Notes: generated from the sequence alone by a model not told the origin. A DNA stretch of 64,000 nucleotides from Melioribacteraceae bacterium (GCA_041675645.1 JBAYTN010000001.1:145061-209060), one strand, 5' to 3'; numbered from the stretch's first letter, positions 46,253 through 55,575 are shown. Made by a program: numbers and translations.

Positions 46253-48342
46253 CCTTTCTTAATCCCGCGGTATTATTTGGCTTGTTCGCTGCTGCGATTC
46301 CAATTGTTCTGCACTTTTTAAACTTACGTAAGCTGAAAACTATTGAGTTCAGCACGCTCGCTTTCTTAAAGGAATTGCAGAAAACAAAGATCCGCAGAAT
46401 TAAGCTGAAGCAATGGCTGCTTTTGCTTATTCGTGTTTTGATTATTCTGTTTCTAGTACTTGCGTTTGCCAGACCAACATTAAAAAGTATTACTTTGGGT
46501 GAATCTTCCGCAGCAAAAACAACCGCGGTTATTATACTCGATAACACTTTCAGCATGTCTGTTGTTGGAGAAAAAGGTTCACGGCTCAATAACTACAAAC
46601 AAATTGCCAAGAACTTGCTTAACAATTTTCAGCCGGGTGATGAAATTGCGCTGATATCGGTTGGTGATCTTACCGGACAGAATCAATTAGTTTCCGGCAA
46701 TCTGGCCGAAATCAAAAAAAGAATTGATGATTTAGAAATCTCGAACATAAGCGGCACACTTAATCAAGCAATGATTCGTGCAGCTCAAATTCTTTATCAA
46801 TCAAAAAACTTTAACAAAGAAATTTATTTGCTCACAGATCTGCAGAAAGATAGAATCGCAAACTCACCATTGGAAATTTCGAACTTTGCAAAAACTATTT
46901 CGACGGAAACCCGTTTATATCTTTTTAACAACAACCAAAACGAAGTTGTGAATCTTGGCATTGCTGACTTGAAGCCCAACAACCAGCTTTATGAGCTTGG
47001 CAAAGAAGTAAGCTTTTCCGCACAAATTAAAAATTATTCAAATTCATCGGTTAACGATAACGTTGTTTCATTCTTTATCAATGGAAAACGTAACGTGCAG
47101 AAAAGCCTTTCTATGACAGCCAACGAAACCAAAGAAATATCTTTTGAAACAACTTTGCAAGACACCGGACTGGTTGAATTTACAGCAGAGCTTGAAGATG
47201 ATGCAATACTTCAAGACAACAGAAGATTTTTTAGCGTTTACATTCCGAGCAGTATTTCGCTTCTCTTGTTATACGATCGTGCAGATGATGCAAAGTTTGT
47301 TAAGCTTGCGCTTGGAATACCTAATCCGAAGATTAAACTGACGGAGTTAAGAACCGAGCAAGCAGCTTCAGTGAATCCGCAAAAGTTTGACTGTGTTATT
47401 GTAATTGGAAGTGAAGGATTGCTTAATTCCAAAGCACTTGCTTCTTTCGTAGAGAATGGCGGCGGGTTAATTGTTTTACCCGGGACACAAAGCACACTAG
47501 CTGGTTTTCAAAAATTCAATAAAGCGTTAGGAATACCATTTCCTACTTCTTTGATCGGAAAGCCCGGTTCACCTGATTCATTTACTCAATTCTCGAAAAC
47601 AGATTTTCAGCATCCGCTTCTTAAAAACATATTCGAACAAAAAACAAAAACACAGATTGAATCGCCCGAAATATTTTGCTATTTCAAAACACTTACTGCG
47701 GCTAACGGAAAAAACATAATATCGCTTGTTGATAATTCTTCATTTTTAGCAGAATACAAATTTGGAAGAGGCCGGGTTCTTTCTTTTTCTTCTGCGCCGG
47801 TTTTAAGCTGGAATACTTTTCCCCTAAAAGCTTTCTTCGCCCCATTGATGAATAAGGCGTTGCTATATTGTTCCGTAAAATCAAATCAAGATTCTACTCT
47901 AATATGTGGAAACGAAGCGGTAACAGATGTTTCAAGCGCTGCGTCCAAGCAAATCAAAATTTTATCGCCGGATAATACCGAAACATATTACGATGCGGAT
48001 TCACTCGTTAACAAAAAGTATCTTACTTATCCTAACACTTCAAAGGCCGGGACTTATAAAGTATATTCAGGCAATAATTTCATCAATTACTTTTCTGTTA
48101 ATCATGATTCACGCGAATCGGTTTTGGAAAGTGAACCGGAAAATGAATTTGAAAACTACTTAAAACAAACCGGCTATGAAGGAAAGTATATTTCTCTTTC
48201 AGCCGATGCCGATTACCTTAAGGAAATTTATCAATCACGATTTGGTACAGAGCTTTGGAAATACTTTTTAATCATCGTATTGATGCTAGCCATTGCCGAA
48301 TCACTTTTATCAAGAAGTACTAAGAAAGACTTAACCACATGA
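46249..48342 (+). CDS. BatA-like N-terminal double-TM domain + VWA domain protein
   Basis: The N-terminus MTFLNPAVLFGLFAAAIPIVLHFLNLRKLKTIEFSTLAFL matches the aerotolerance BatA N-terminal domain. A VWA MIDAS-like segment AVIILDNTFSMS follows. There is a C-terminal TM helix. Confidence 0.55.
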   Translation: MTFLNPAVLFGLFAAAIPIVLHFLNLRKLKTIEFSTLAFLKELQKTKIRRIKLKQWLLLLIRVLIILFLVLAFARPTLKSITLGESSAAKTTAVIILDNTFSMSVVGEKGSRLNNYKQIAKNLLNNFQPGDEIALISVGDLTGQNQLVSGNLAEIKKRIDDLEISNISGTLNQAMIRAAQILYQSKNFNKEIYLLTDLQKDRIANSPLEISNFAKTISTETRLYLFNNNQNEVVNLGIADLKPNNQLYELGKEVSFSAQIKNYSNSSVNDNVVSFFINGKRNVQKSLSMTANETKEISFETTLQDTGLVEFTAELEDDAILQDNRRFFSVYIPSSISLLLLYDRADDAKFVKLALGIPNPKIKLTELRTEQAASVNPQKFDCVIVIGSEGLLNSKALASFVENGGGLIVLPGTQSTLAGFQKFNKALGIPFPTSLIGKPGSPDSFTQFSKTDFQHPLLKNIFEQKTKTQIESPEIFCYFKTLTAANGKNIISLVDNSSFLAEYKFGRGRVLSFSSAPVLSWNTFPLKAFFAPLMNKALLYCSVKSNQDSTLICGNEAVTDVSSAASKQIKILSPDNTETYYDADSLVNKKYLTYPNTSKAGTYKVYSGNNFINYFSVNHDSRESVLESEPENEFENYLKQTGYEGKYISLSADADYLKEIYQSRFGTELWKYFLIIVLMLAIAESLLSRSTKKDLTT

Positions 48343-49607
48343 TAACACTGGCCCCAACGCCAAAAGAAAGAGCAATATTAATAGCATTAGCCTTTGGTGA
48401 GTATACCAAAGAGCAAGTTGAAGAGCATTTAGATGAGCTAGAACTGCTGACCGATACAGCCGGTGCAGATACAGTTTTCAAGGTTATGCAAGAACGTTAC
48501 CGCCCGGATCCGGCTTATTATATTGGAAAAGGAAAAGCTGAAGAGATTGCTCAGTTAATTGAATTGAATGAAATTCAGCTTGTAATCTTCGATGACGATT
48601 TGAACCCAACTCAAGTCCGTAACCTTGAGAGACTTTTCGAGCGGAAAATCTTAGATAGAAGCGGGCTGATTTTAGACATTTTTGCTTCGCATGCAAAAAC
48701 AAGAGAAGCAAAAACACAAGTGGAACTTGCTCAGCTACAATATATGCTTCCTCGCTTAACACGCGCATGGACTCACCTTTCCAAACAGTATGGCGGTATT
48801 GGAACAAAAGGTCCGGGTGAAACACAGATTGAAACTGACCGTAGAGCAATTAGAACAAGAATTAGCAAGCTGAAAGAAAATTTAAAGAAGATAGAATCTC
48901 AGCAAACGACAAAGAGCGCCGGAAGAAAAGATTTTCTTACAGCAACTTTGGTCGGTTACACAAATGCTGGAAAATCTACTCTGCTTAACCGCTTAACTAA
49001 TTCGGATGTTCTTGCGGAAAATAAACTTTTTGCAACGCTTGATTCTACCACCCGTTCATTTGAGCTTGCAAAGGGAAAGACAATTTTACTTAGCGATACA
49101 GTTGGTTTCATTCGTAAACTTCCGCACAATCTTGTAGCTTCATTTAAAACAACACTTAATGTTGTCCGTGATGCCGATATTATAATTCATGTTATTGATA
49201 TTACACACGATTTTTTTGAAGATCACATTCGCGTAGTTGAAGAAACATTGACGGAGCTTGATGCGAAAAAGAAGATCAACATTATGGTGTTTAATAAAGT
49301 AGATGCTATTAAAGATAGAAACCGGCTTGATCTTGTAATGAGCAATCATCCCGACTGCATAATGGTTTCTGCCGAGCGAGGAATCAACATAAATAATTTA
49401 AAGAGAATGCTAGTTGAGATTTACGAAAAACACTTCGTTGAAGAGTCAATCGAAATCCCCAACAGTGAATCCAGAATAATTGCCAAGCTGTATGAGCTTG
49501 CAGATGTAACATTCATAAAATATTTAGATGATAGGGCCCAGATAAAATACCGGGCAAATTCTTCCAATCAACAAAAAATCAAGAGATTGATAAATGAAGC
49601 CAGCTAA
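48339..49607 (+). CDS. hflX: GTPase HflX
   Basis: HflX N-terminal domain followed by a GTPase domain with G1 GYTNAGKSTLLNRLT and G3 DTVGF. Confidence 0.85.
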   Translation: MITLAPTPKERAILIALAFGEYTKEQVEEHLDELELLTDTAGADTVFKVMQERYRPDPAYYIGKGKAEEIAQLIELNEIQLVIFDDDLNPTQVRNLERLFERKILDRSGLILDIFASHAKTREAKTQVELAQLQYMLPRLTRAWTHLSKQYGGIGTKGPGETQIETDRRAIRTRISKLKENLKKIESQQTTKSAGRKDFLTATLVGYTNAGKSTLLNRLTNSDVLAENKLFATLDSTTRSFELAKGKTILLSDTVGFIRKLPHNLVASFKTTLNVVRDADIIIHVIDITHDFFEDHIRVVEETLTELDAKKKINIMVFNKVDAIKDRNRLDLVMSNHPDCIMVSAERGININNLKRMLVEIYEKHFVEESIEIPNSESRIIAKLYELADVTFIKYLDDRAQIKYRANSSNQQKIKRLINEAS

Positions 49608-51159
49608 ACTAATTATCGACGGAAAATCGCTAACACTTGATAAAATAAATTTCTTCCTTCACGAAAATCCAATTGTTGAGTTATCCGCTCAATCGAAAAA
49701 GAAAGTTAACGCCGCGCGGAGGCTTGTTGACGAATGGGTAGAAAAAGGTGAAACTATTTACGGCGTTACAACAGGCTTTGGCGGATTTTCAAGTGTAAGA
49801 ATTCCAAAAGAAGATATTGCACGACTTCAAGAAAATTTAATTATCAGCCACACCGCCGGAGTTGGAGAAAACCTTCCTCCATTTATTGTCAAATTGATGA
49901 TGCTTCTCCGCGCGAATGCTCTAGCAAGCGGTTTCTCCGGAATTAGATTAGAAACACTCCAGCTTCTGTTGGACATGATGAACAATAACATAATCCCGGT
50001 TATTCCTTCGCAAGGATCTGTTGGTGCCAGTGGCGACTTAGCTCCTTTAGCTCATTTAGTTTTAGCGATGATTGGCAAAGGTGAAGTGCAAATCATAAAA
50101 AACGTTTTAGATGAAAAAGCTTCCGAAGCCAAAGTTCACTCTTCAGTCAAAATATTAAAAAAATTCGGACTCTCGCCCGTTAAGCTTGCGGCGAAAGAAG
50201 GATTAGCTTTGATTAACGGCACGCAAATGATGACAGCCTTCGGAGCGTTCATTTGCATCGAAGCCAAGAAGCTTATGAAACTAGCAGATATTTCCAGTGC
50301 TCTTTCTCATGAGGCTCTTCGGGCAACAGACAGAGCATTTGATTTGCGTGTTCATAACTTGCGTCCTTATCCCGGACAAATTGCAACTGCAAAAAATTTA
50401 TTAGCTTTATTGAATAAGAGTGAAATCCGCGCTTCACATCTGCAAGACGATCCGCGCGTACAAGATTCCTACTCCATTCGCTGTATTCCACAAGTTCACG
50501 GCGCTTCTCGCGATGCAATAGATTATGTCTGCTCACGAATTGAAATTGAATTAAATTCGGTAAATGATAACCCAATAATTTTCCCGGATGATAAAGATTA
50601 TATCAGCGGCGGGAATTTTCATGGTCAGCCTCTCGCTCTTCCGTTAGACTTTATGGCTATCGCACTTGCCGAATTAGCCGACATTTCAGAGAGAAGAATA
50701 GATCGTTTGACAAACGGGACTTCGGAAAAACTTCCTAAGTTTCTTGCTAAAGATGGAGGTTTAAATTCCGGTTACATGATTGCACAATACACCGCGGCAG
50801 CACTTGTATCGGAAAATAAAGTATTGGCTCATCCCGCAAGTGTAGATTCGATTCCTACATCTGCCGGAAAAGAGGATTTAAATTCTATGGGATCAATCTC
50901 TGCAAGAAAATGTCATCAAGTTTTAAAGAATGTCCAAACGGTTATTGCGATTGAATTATTGTTAGCCGCGCAAGGTATAGACTTCTTGAAACCGCTTAAA
51001 TGTGGAATCGGAACAAATGCCGCATATAAAACCATTCGAAAATTAATCCCGACTTTGAATCAAGATAGAATTCTTTATGAGGACACGAAAAAAATTCTGA
51101 GTTTAGTTGCGGAAGGAAAAATTCTGAACGAAGTTGAGAAAGCGGTTATGTTGTTATAG
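49594..51159 (+). CDS. hutH: histidine ammonia-lyase (MIO-dependent aromatic amino acid lyase family)
   Basis: 521 aa. YGVTTGFGGFS and the MIO-forming GSVGASGDLAPLAHL (Ala-Ser-Gly triad) are present. The overall length is typical of HAL. Confidence 0.75.
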   Translation: MKPAKLIIDGKSLTLDKINFFLHENPIVELSAQSKKKVNAARRLVDEWVEKGETIYGVTTGFGGFSSVRIPKEDIARLQENLIISHTAGVGENLPPFIVKLMMLLRANALASGFSGIRLETLQLLLDMMNNNIIPVIPSQGSVGASGDLAPLAHLVLAMIGKGEVQIIKNVLDEKASEAKVHSSVKILKKFGLSPVKLAAKEGLALINGTQMMTAFGAFICIEAKKLMKLADISSALSHEALRATDRAFDLRVHNLRPYPGQIATAKNLLALLNKSEIRASHLQDDPRVQDSYSIRCIPQVHGASRDAIDYVCSRIEIELNSVNDNPIIFPDDKDYISGGNFHGQPLALPLDFMAIALAELADISERRIDRLTNGTSEKLPKFLAKDGGLNSGYMIAQYTAAALVSENKVLAHPASVDSIPTSAGKEDLNSMGSISARKCHQVLKNVQTVIAIELLLAAQGIDFLKPLKCGIGTNAAYKTIRKLIPTLNQDRILYEDTKKILSLVAEGKILNEVEKAVMLL

Positions 51160-51167
51160 ACATTAAA

Positions 51168-51214
51168 GTGAAATGTGAAAGTTAATTTCTTTCACAGTTC
51201 ACTTTTTTCTTTTT
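51168..51214 (+). terminator. rho-independent terminator after hutH
   Basis: Hairpin gtgaaatgtgaaag...ctttcacagttcac followed by ttttttcttttt. Confidence 0.65.
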
Positions 51215-51356
51215 CCGATTTGTATATGCTTTCTTTACCAAGCCTTTCTCTGCGGTCAATCCATTTATCTAATTTGGATATAGCAAGGCCGAATAATGTA
51301 ATCCCTAGTAAAATAAGAATTGTTACAAGTATAAAAACGATTGTGTAAATACTCAT
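51192..51356 (-). CDS. 54-aa single-pass membrane peptide with 4-nt start/stop overlap to the transposase gene
   Basis: Not in the ORF track (shorter than 60 aa). MSIYTIVFILVTILILLGITLFGLAISKLDKWIDRRERLGKESIYKSEKEKSEL has one hydrophobic helix and a charged tail. Its ATG overlaps the tnpA TGA as ATGA. Its stop lies inside the hutH terminator hairpin. Confidence 0.35.
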   Translation of the reverse strand: MSIYTIVFILVTILILLGITLFGLAISKLDKWIDRRERLGKESIYKSEKEKSEL

Positions 51357-51790
51357 CTTAAATCCAAACCATATTTTTTAATAAAACTATCATATTCCTC
51401 GCTAAAGCTTTTCTGCATATGATGATTTTTCTGATTATCAATATAATTAATTACGTTATTTAAGATGGATTCGCTGACAGAAAACGCCGCATATCCCGTT
51501 TGCCATGCAAACTTCTCGTTCAAAAATTCATTTTGATTAATCCAGTGAGATGATTCTCCCTTTAAGTAATGAAAAACATCTTTGACTGAGTGAATTTGAT
51601 TTAGCAAAAACAATACATGAACATGGTCTTTATAACCGCCAATTGATTTTAGCGTAATATCAAATCTTTCTTTTAGAATTTCATCCATGTGCTGATATAA
51701 TACTTTTTCAAACTTTTCCGTAATCAGCGCTTCTCTATTTTTTGTGCTGAATATTCCGTGGATCCAAATTTTAGTTACGGAATGAGACAT
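51353..51790 (-). mobile_element. tnpA: IS200/IS605-family Y1 (HuH) transposase TnpA gene, no tnpB; possibly RAYT-like
   Basis: 145 aa with the HuH motif DHVHVLF and a catalytic Tyr region (WQTGYAAFSVS). The size and N-terminus (IWIHGIFSTKNR) are typical of IS200 TnpA and REP-associated tyrosine transposases. Confidence 0.75.
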
Positions 51791-51799
51791 ACATCCTCC

Positions 51800-51903
51800 A
51801 AACGGTTAAAACCGTTTAAAATATAATGAGTTTAACTTTCAGCCCATAGATTAATCTATGGGCTGAGATATATCGTTAAAAAGGAAGAACCGTTTCAACG
51901 GTT
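51800..51903. repeat. three hairpins upstream of tnpA (possible IS200 end or REP-like elements)
   Basis: aaacggtt-aa-aaccgttt (51800-51817). cagcccatagatt-a-aatctatgggctg (51840-51865, 13-bp arms). aaccgtt-tc-aacggtt (51888-51903), an inverted version of the first hairpin. Confidence 0.55.
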
Positions 51904-51962
51904 TGTATTTCACTTCCCATTTCTTAAGTTGCTATTGGACTTAGCCAAAAAGGAGATAAGTT

Positions 51963-53486
51963 ATGTCGATTGTTCTTGATGGTTCCAATCTCACAGTAGA
52001 AAAAGTAGTTGCAATAGCCCGCCACAATGAAAAAGTTGAATTACACCCCGAAGCTCTTGAAAGGATTAAAATTTGTCGTGCAATGCTTGAACAGAAAATC
52101 CAAGCGCACGAAATTATGTATGGTGTTAACACCGGTATAGGTGAATTTAGCGAAGTTGTTTTAAATGATGAGCAAGTAAAAGAATTTCAGAAGTACTTGA
52201 TTTACAACCATGCTGCCGGTATTGGTGATCCAGCGCCGATTGAATACGTCCGCGGGGCTATTACCGGAAGGATTAATGTTCACGCACATGGAATGTCCGG
52301 CATCCGTCCGGAAATAACCCTAACCCTTATTGAAATGCTTAACAAAGGTGTAACTCCAGTTGTCTGCCAGAAAGGCTCTGTTGGCGCAAGCGGCGATTTA
52401 GCACCAATGAGTCAAATTGCTTTGCTGCTAATGGGAGAAGGGGAAGCATTCTATAACGATGAGCGATTGCCGGGAAGAGTTGCTTTTGAAAAAGCCGGAA
52501 TTGAAATTCCCGGACTTCAAGCGCGAGACGGGCTCGGGACAATTAACGGTTCTAATTTGTTAACAGCAATGAGCGCAATTCATCTTTATGATATTAACCG
52601 TTGGTTAAAACAAGCTGAGATTGCTTGCGCAATGTCGCTTGAAGCTTTGTTTGCAAATCTAAAACCATACGATACTCGCCTTCATGAAGTACGTGGTTTT
52701 AAAGGTTCTGTGCGAAGCGCCCGCTCAATATTAAAATGTATCGAAGGAAGCGATTTACAAACCGGAAAACTGAAATCGAAAGTGCAAGATGCTTACTCAA
52801 TGCGTTCTTCTCCTCAAGTGATTGGTGCGGCTCACGATGCAATTGCATACGCAAAGCAGCAAGTTGAAATTGAATTGAATGGCGTTGGCGATAATCCAAT
52901 TTTTATTCCAGAAAGTAATATCACTTTAACGGGCGCAAATTTTCAAGGAACGCCGGTTTCACTTCCCATGGACATGGTTAGCGCCGCGGTAACAATGGTT
53001 TCTGTTCTTTCCGAAAGACGATTGAACCGTTTACTTAATCCCGCTCTTAGTATCGGTCTTCCGGATTTTCTTACTAAAGGCGCCGGAATGTTTTCCGGGT
53101 TGATGCTTAGTCAGTACACCGCCGATACATTAATAGTTGAGCAGAGAATGCTTTCGGCACCGGCTTCCGTTCAATCCATTCCGGCAGCGGCAGATCAAGA
53201 AGATTTTGTTTCTATGGGAATGAATACCGCAATTAAGAATGCGCAGATTATAGATAATGCATATGGAGTTCTTGGTATTGAATTCATTGCGGCATCTCAA
53301 GCATTAGATTTTAGAAACTTCACAAATGGGAAGGGAGTTTCTAAAGCAAAAGAGATCGTACGCAAACATGTTGCTCATCTTGATGTTGACAGACCTCTTT
53401 ATCCCGACCATACAAAAATGAAAGAAGTTGTAAAGAGTTGTGAAATATTAGATGAAGTTGAAAGGGTAGTTGGTACTTTAGAATAA
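51963..53486 (+). CDS. second MIO-dependent ammonia-lyase/aminomutase family paralogue (HAL-like)
   Basis: 507 aa with YGVNTGIGEFS and GSVGASGDLAPMSQI (ASG triad). By eye it is only about 35% identical to the upstream hutH product. Confidence 0.7.
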   Translation: MSIVLDGSNLTVEKVVAIARHNEKVELHPEALERIKICRAMLEQKIQAHEIMYGVNTGIGEFSEVVLNDEQVKEFQKYLIYNHAAGIGDPAPIEYVRGAITGRINVHAHGMSGIRPEITLTLIEMLNKGVTPVVCQKGSVGASGDLAPMSQIALLLMGEGEAFYNDERLPGRVAFEKAGIEIPGLQARDGLGTINGSNLLTAMSAIHLYDINRWLKQAEIACAMSLEALFANLKPYDTRLHEVRGFKGSVRSARSILKCIEGSDLQTGKLKSKVQDAYSMRSSPQVIGAAHDAIAYAKQQVEIELNGVGDNPIFIPESNITLTGANFQGTPVSLPMDMVSAAVTMVSVLSERRLNRLLNPALSIGLPDFLTKGAGMFSGLMLSQYTADTLIVEQRMLSAPASVQSIPAAADQEDFVSMGMNTAIKNAQIIDNAYGVLGIEFIAASQALDFRNFTNGKGVSKAKEIVRKHVAHLDVDRPLYPDHTKMKEVVKSCEILDEVERVVGTLE

Positions 53487-53510
53487 TTCTTAAACTAAAA
53501 TGGAGTTAAT

Positions 53511-53879
53511 ATGAAGAAGTATTTTTCCACAATTATTTTTTCCGTCCTATTATTTTCAAGCAGCCAAATACTCTTTGCTCAGCTAAGAGTACAAACCGGA
53601 GTGTTTAATGCAGATAAAAATGTTTCCAACTACATGCTTGCGGCCGGCGGTGATATGGAAAGAACATTACAACTAAGTATATCTTTTCCAAAACCGTTTA
53701 CTAAAACTCCCGACATTCAATTAAGCATAACCAGATTAGATCAAGATCGCGGGAACAATACTCGTTACGATGTGAAAGTAGTTTCGGCGCATAAAGCCGG
53801 CTTTACGCTCGAAATCAAAACTTGGGGTGGTTCAAAAATTTATTTGATTGGCGGAACATATATGGCTGTTGGAGAATAG
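53511..53879 (+). CDS. small secreted H-type lectin domain protein
   Basis: 122 aa with signal peptide. The mature part (QTGVFNADKN...LQLSISFPKPFTKTPDIQLSITRLD...RYDVKVVSAHKAGFTLEIKTWGGSKIYLIGGTYMAVGE) matches the H-type lectin domain pattern (Helix pomatia agglutinin / discoidin type). Confidence 0.5.
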   Translation: MKKYFSTIIFSVLLFSSSQILFAQLRVQTGVFNADKNVSNYMLAAGGDMERTLQLSISFPKPFTKTPDIQLSITRLDQDRGNNTRYDVKVVSAHKAGFTLEIKTWGGSKIYLIGGTYMAVGE

Positions 53880-53894
53880 TATAAATTAATTCAT

Positions 53895-53922
53895 GCACCC
53901 GATTTGTACTTGGGTCGGGTGC
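53895..53922. terminator. bidirectional terminator hairpin
   Basis: gcacccga-tttgtacttggg-tcgggtgc, between convergent genes ending at 53879 (+) and 53929 (-). Confidence 0.5.
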
Positions 53923-53928
53923 GCTTCT

Positions 53929-54339
53929 TTATAATTCAAACTCTCTTTCTATTCTTGCTTTTCTTCCGGTATAATCATCTTTGGCTCTAAAGATTAAAAC
54001 GTACTTTCCCGCTTTGTAAGTTGAGTCAAGTTGTACTTGCGTGTTTATTGCTAAATCTACAACACCGTCATTGGCAAGTTGATCAACCCTTCCATGCTGT
54101 ACGTCTTCCTTAATTGTTCCGTCCGGTTTTTTTAGATCAAGTACAAACGAAACTTGCGCACCAAATCTTCCTTTGTAAGCGGTTTGTGCAAAACCTTTTG
54201 CCTGACAGCTTGCATTCAACTCCCAACTGTTATCTAAAGCATATGCAAAAGCGACTGGAGAATATAGTTCGAATTTTTCTTCTTTCTTTGAACAACCAAG
54301 CATCAATAAAATAATCAATAACAATTGGAAGATTTTTTT
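53929..54339 (-). CDS. small lipoprotein of unknown function
   Basis: Start at the internal Met (MKKIFQLLLIILLMLGCSKK, lipobox LGC). I recognised no family. Confidence 0.5.
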   Translation of the reverse strand, partial: KKIFQLLLIILLMLGCSKKEEKFELYSPVAFAYALDNSWELNASCQAKGFAQTAYKGRFGAQVSFVLDLKKPDGTIKEDVQHGRVDQLANDGVVDLAINTQVQLDSTYKAGKYVLIFRAKDDYTGRKARIEREFEL

Positions 54340-54363
54340 CATTTGAATCACTCCTAAAAAATA

Positions 54364-54384
54364 GGGTCGAAATTTCTTCGACCC
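54364..54384 (-). terminator. rho-independent terminator of serC
   Basis: gggtcgaa-attt-cttcgaccc. On the minus strand it is followed by tatttttt. Confidence 0.6.
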
Positions 54385-54426
54385 ATTCTAAATACTCACT
54401 ACTTAATACTAGCGACTTTATATTTG

Positions 54427-55512
54427 CTAGTTATTCTTCTTAAACTCACTCATAAATTCTGTTAAAGCTTCAACACCAGCTTTAGGGAATGCGTTATAAA
54501 TTGAAGCGCGAATTCCGCCAACAGAACGATGCCCCTTTAATCCACTAAATCCTTTTGCCGAAGCTTCTTTCACAAATTTTTCTTCCAACTGCTCGTTTGG
54601 TAGTCTATAAGTCACATTCATAAGTGAACGGTCTTCAACTGCTGTTGTACCTTTGTAATAACCATCGCTGCCATCTATTACATCATAAAGAACTTTAGCT
54701 TTGTCCAAATTGCGTTTGTACATTTCGTCTAATCCGCCCATGTTAAGCAGCCACTTGAAAACCAATCCGGCAATGTAAATTCCAAAAGTAGTTGGAGTAT
54801 TGTACATTGTTTCGTTATCAGCATGAATTTTATAGTTCATGTATGTATGAAGTGAATCGCTGCTTCTAGCAAGCAAATCTTTTTTGATAACGACAACAGT
54901 AACACCAGAAGGACCAATATTCTTTTGTGCGCCCGCATAGATTAAACTGTATTTGTTCATATCAATTTTCTTGTGAAGAAAGTCAGAAGACGCATCACAA
55001 ACAAGCGGAACATTTCCAGTTTCCGGTTCTGTTCTAAATTGTGTTCCAAAGATCGTGTTGTTTGAAGTGAAGTGAACATAAGAAGCTTCTGGATCTAACT
55101 TCATTTCAGCTTGTTTTGGAATTCTAGCATAATTATCGGACTTTGTAGTAGCAGCAACATTTACAGCTCCAACGCGTTTAGCTTCTTTAGCAGCCTTTTC
55201 TGCCCATGCGCCGGTTACTATGTAATCAGCTTTATTATTTGGAGGCATCAAATTTAATGGCACCATAGAAAATTGAAGAGTGGCTCCACCTTGTAAAAAC
55301 AGAATTGAATAATCTTCATTTATTCCTAAAAGTTTCCTTAAATCTGCATCTGCATCTTTTATGATTCCGTCAAAGATTTTTCCGCGGTGACTCATTTCCA
55401 TAACGCTCATTCCGCTTCCTTTGTAGGAATACAAATCCTTCTGAGCCTCTAACAAAACTTCTTCCGGTAGAATAGCCGGGCCGGCACTTAAATTATAAAT
55501 CCTTTTTTCCAT
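54427..55512 (-). CDS. serC: phosphoserine aminotransferase
   Basis: 361 aa. The N-terminus MEKRIYNLSAGPAILPEEVL and the fold-type I PLP enzyme core are characteristic of SerC. Confidence 0.85.
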   Translation of the reverse strand: MEKRIYNLSAGPAILPEEVLLEAQKDLYSYKGSGMSVMEMSHRGKIFDGIIKDADADLRKLLGINEDYSILFLQGGATLQFSMVPLNLMPPNNKADYIVTGAWAEKAAKEAKRVGAVNVAATTKSDNYARIPKQAEMKLDPEASYVHFTSNNTIFGTQFRTEPETGNVPLVCDASSDFLHKKIDMNKYSLIYAGAQKNIGPSGVTVVVIKKDLLARSSDSLHTYMNYKIHADNETMYNTPTTFGIYIAGLVFKWLLNMGGLDEMYKRNLDKAKVLYDVIDGSDGYYKGTTAVEDRSLMNVTYRLPNEQLEEKFVKEASAKGFSGLKGHRSVGGIRASIYNAFPKAGVEALTEFMSEFKKNN

Positions 55513-55575
55513 GTTATCCTCTTATATGTAAAATTAGGTAGGTGAAACTTAGTAGAAATTTAAGAACTGCTCAAA

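Noticed and set aside
51353-51903. Calling the tnpA region a complete, intact IS200/IS605 insertion sequence
   Set aside because: Three hairpins are seen on the upstream side only. No tnpB is present, and no matching right-end structure could be identified beyond the hutH terminator. Whether it is an IS end or a RAYT cannot be settled without other copies.
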